Assembly (NCBI GenBank): GCA_964457685.1
Contig: CAYWFS010000005.1
Span: forward strand, 1-62,206
Length of the DNA stretch: 62,206 nucleotides
From: an uncultured Ruminococcus sp.
Lineage (GTDB): Bacteria > Bacillota > Clostridia > Oscillospirales > CAG-272
Direction of reading: 5' to 3'
Every line of letters starts with the position of its first letter. Positions within the stretch are counted from its first letter, which is position 1. The translations under genes were made by a program, and so were the position numbers. The notes beneath the pieces were generated by a model. That model was not told the DNA's origin, did no database searches, and worked only from the letters and a program-made list of their open reading frames with translations. Shown here one piece after another: positions 61,408 to 62,206 of the stretch.

Positions 61408-61647
61408 AATTCTGCTCCTTTAAGTCGAAAAGTGGATGAATCACAATATAATTATATCACAAATGCGGTCAATTGTCTGTACTTTTTCAAAAAAATGGTT
61501 TTGCAATATAGAAAAAATTCATGGGTTTAAAGGGCAGTTGAATATGAAAAATTACTATTTTTCGGAAAATGCTCAAAATAGATAAGACAGAGTATTAATA
61601 TAAGCCAAGTAAAGCGATAATTCGACGTTAGAGCCGTTTTAGAAAAT

Positions 61648-62184
61648 TCAGCTCTCAAGCTGTTTTCCCAAGAACCCTGCCGCTGTCTGAATAAGCTTTG
61701 CTTCAAGCTCAGGCTCTATCCTCTTGCTGTCGGGAAGACGAAGCGAGGCAACACAGCCGGTAATGTCTCCGTCGGTGATTATCGGCATGAGACACCCGAC
61801 ACTTGCACCGCCGTCAATGAGAGGGAAGGAAAGAGTGTCTCCCGAGGTGTAAAATTGCCGTTTTTCAATAGCGTTTTCGGTCTCCTCACTCAGCTTTTTG
61901 TCGAGGTACTCACGCTTTGGAACCCCGGCACAGGCGATAACAGCATCTCTGTCGCATATAACAACCTCGAGATTGCAGGTCTTGTGTAGTGTCTCGGCAT
62001 ACTGTGAAGCGAACGACGCAAGCTCCCCTATCGGAGAATACTTCTTGAAAATAACCTCTCCCTCTCTGTCTGTATATATCTCAAGCGGGTCGCCTTCACG
62101 GATACGCATGGTTCTTCTTATCTCCTTCGGGATAACGACGCGTCCGAGGTCGTCAATCCTTCTTACTATACCGGTAGCTTTCAT
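61648..62184 (-). CDS. spoVT: Stage V sporulation protein T (AbrB-family regulator with a GAF-like C-terminal domain)
   Basis: 178 aa with the SpoVT/AbrB swapped-hairpin N-terminus MKATGIVRRIDDLGRVVIPKEIRRTMRIREGDPLEI. Confidence 0.88.
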   Translation of the reverse strand: MKATGIVRRIDDLGRVVIPKEIRRTMRIREGDPLEIYTDREGEVIFKKYSPIGELASFASQYAETLHKTCNLEVVICDRDAVIACAGVPKREYLDKKLSEETENAIEKRQFYTSGDTLSFPLIDGGASVGCLMPIITDGDITGCVASLRLPDSKRIEPELEAKLIQTAAGFLGKQLES

Positions 62185-62206
62185 GGGTAATGCTCCTTTA
62201 AATAAT

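Noticed and set aside
60643-61530. 295-aa ORF antisense to purC.
   Set aside because: purC is clearly on the minus strand, with the GKTKDVY motif, an SD and a terminator. The plus-strand ORF would also run through the purC promoter and terminator.

Overview
This 62.2-kb window looks like chromosomal core genome from a spore-forming Firmicute, probably Clostridia-like. That guess rests on spoVT, a CwlD-like Amidase_3, frequent TTG starts and several perfect TTGACA-N17-TATAAT promoters. All calls come from reading the ORF translations and the DNA directly; no database search was run.

Gene content in order:
- AraC regulator divergent from xylA, a GH3 xylosidase and xylB.
- TSUP/TauE, DUF1538 and tandem P-II-like operon.
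- ABC-2 transporter.
- Tyr T-box leader plus an AMP-forming ligase.
- hisS, radA and an Amidase_3.
- MacB/FtsX-type ABC pair.
- polA, PPi-dependent PFK and cysK.
- An atypical F-type ATP synthase operon.
- Heterodimeric ABC exporter.
- A dlt-like adenylation/GNAT/carrier/MBOAT/CE4 cluster.
- A seven-gene aromatic amino-acid operon (aroF-tyrA-aroB-aroA-aroC-aroE/K-aroQ).
- recG, then an aminotransferase-ppa-obg block.
- MazG-HAD fusion, aspS, an esterase, purC and spoVT.

I found no rRNA, tRNA, CRISPR array, transposase, integrase or phage genes.

Observations most worth a second look:
1. A 23-codon leader peptide rich in Tyr and Phe, with a three-helix attenuator, sits in front of the aro operon.
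2. A tyrosine-specific T-box controls a FadD-like acyl-CoA ligase instead of an aaRS, biosynthesis or transport gene.
3. The ATP synthase alpha subunit is fused in one ORF to a b-like membrane anchor and a delta C-terminal domain. There is no separate atpH, and epsilon is truncated.
4. A dlt-like envelope aminoacylation cluster carries an inserted GNAT and a membrane-anchored CE4 deacetylase fusion.
5. A four-copy nested-hairpin repeat family is embedded in intrinsic terminators.
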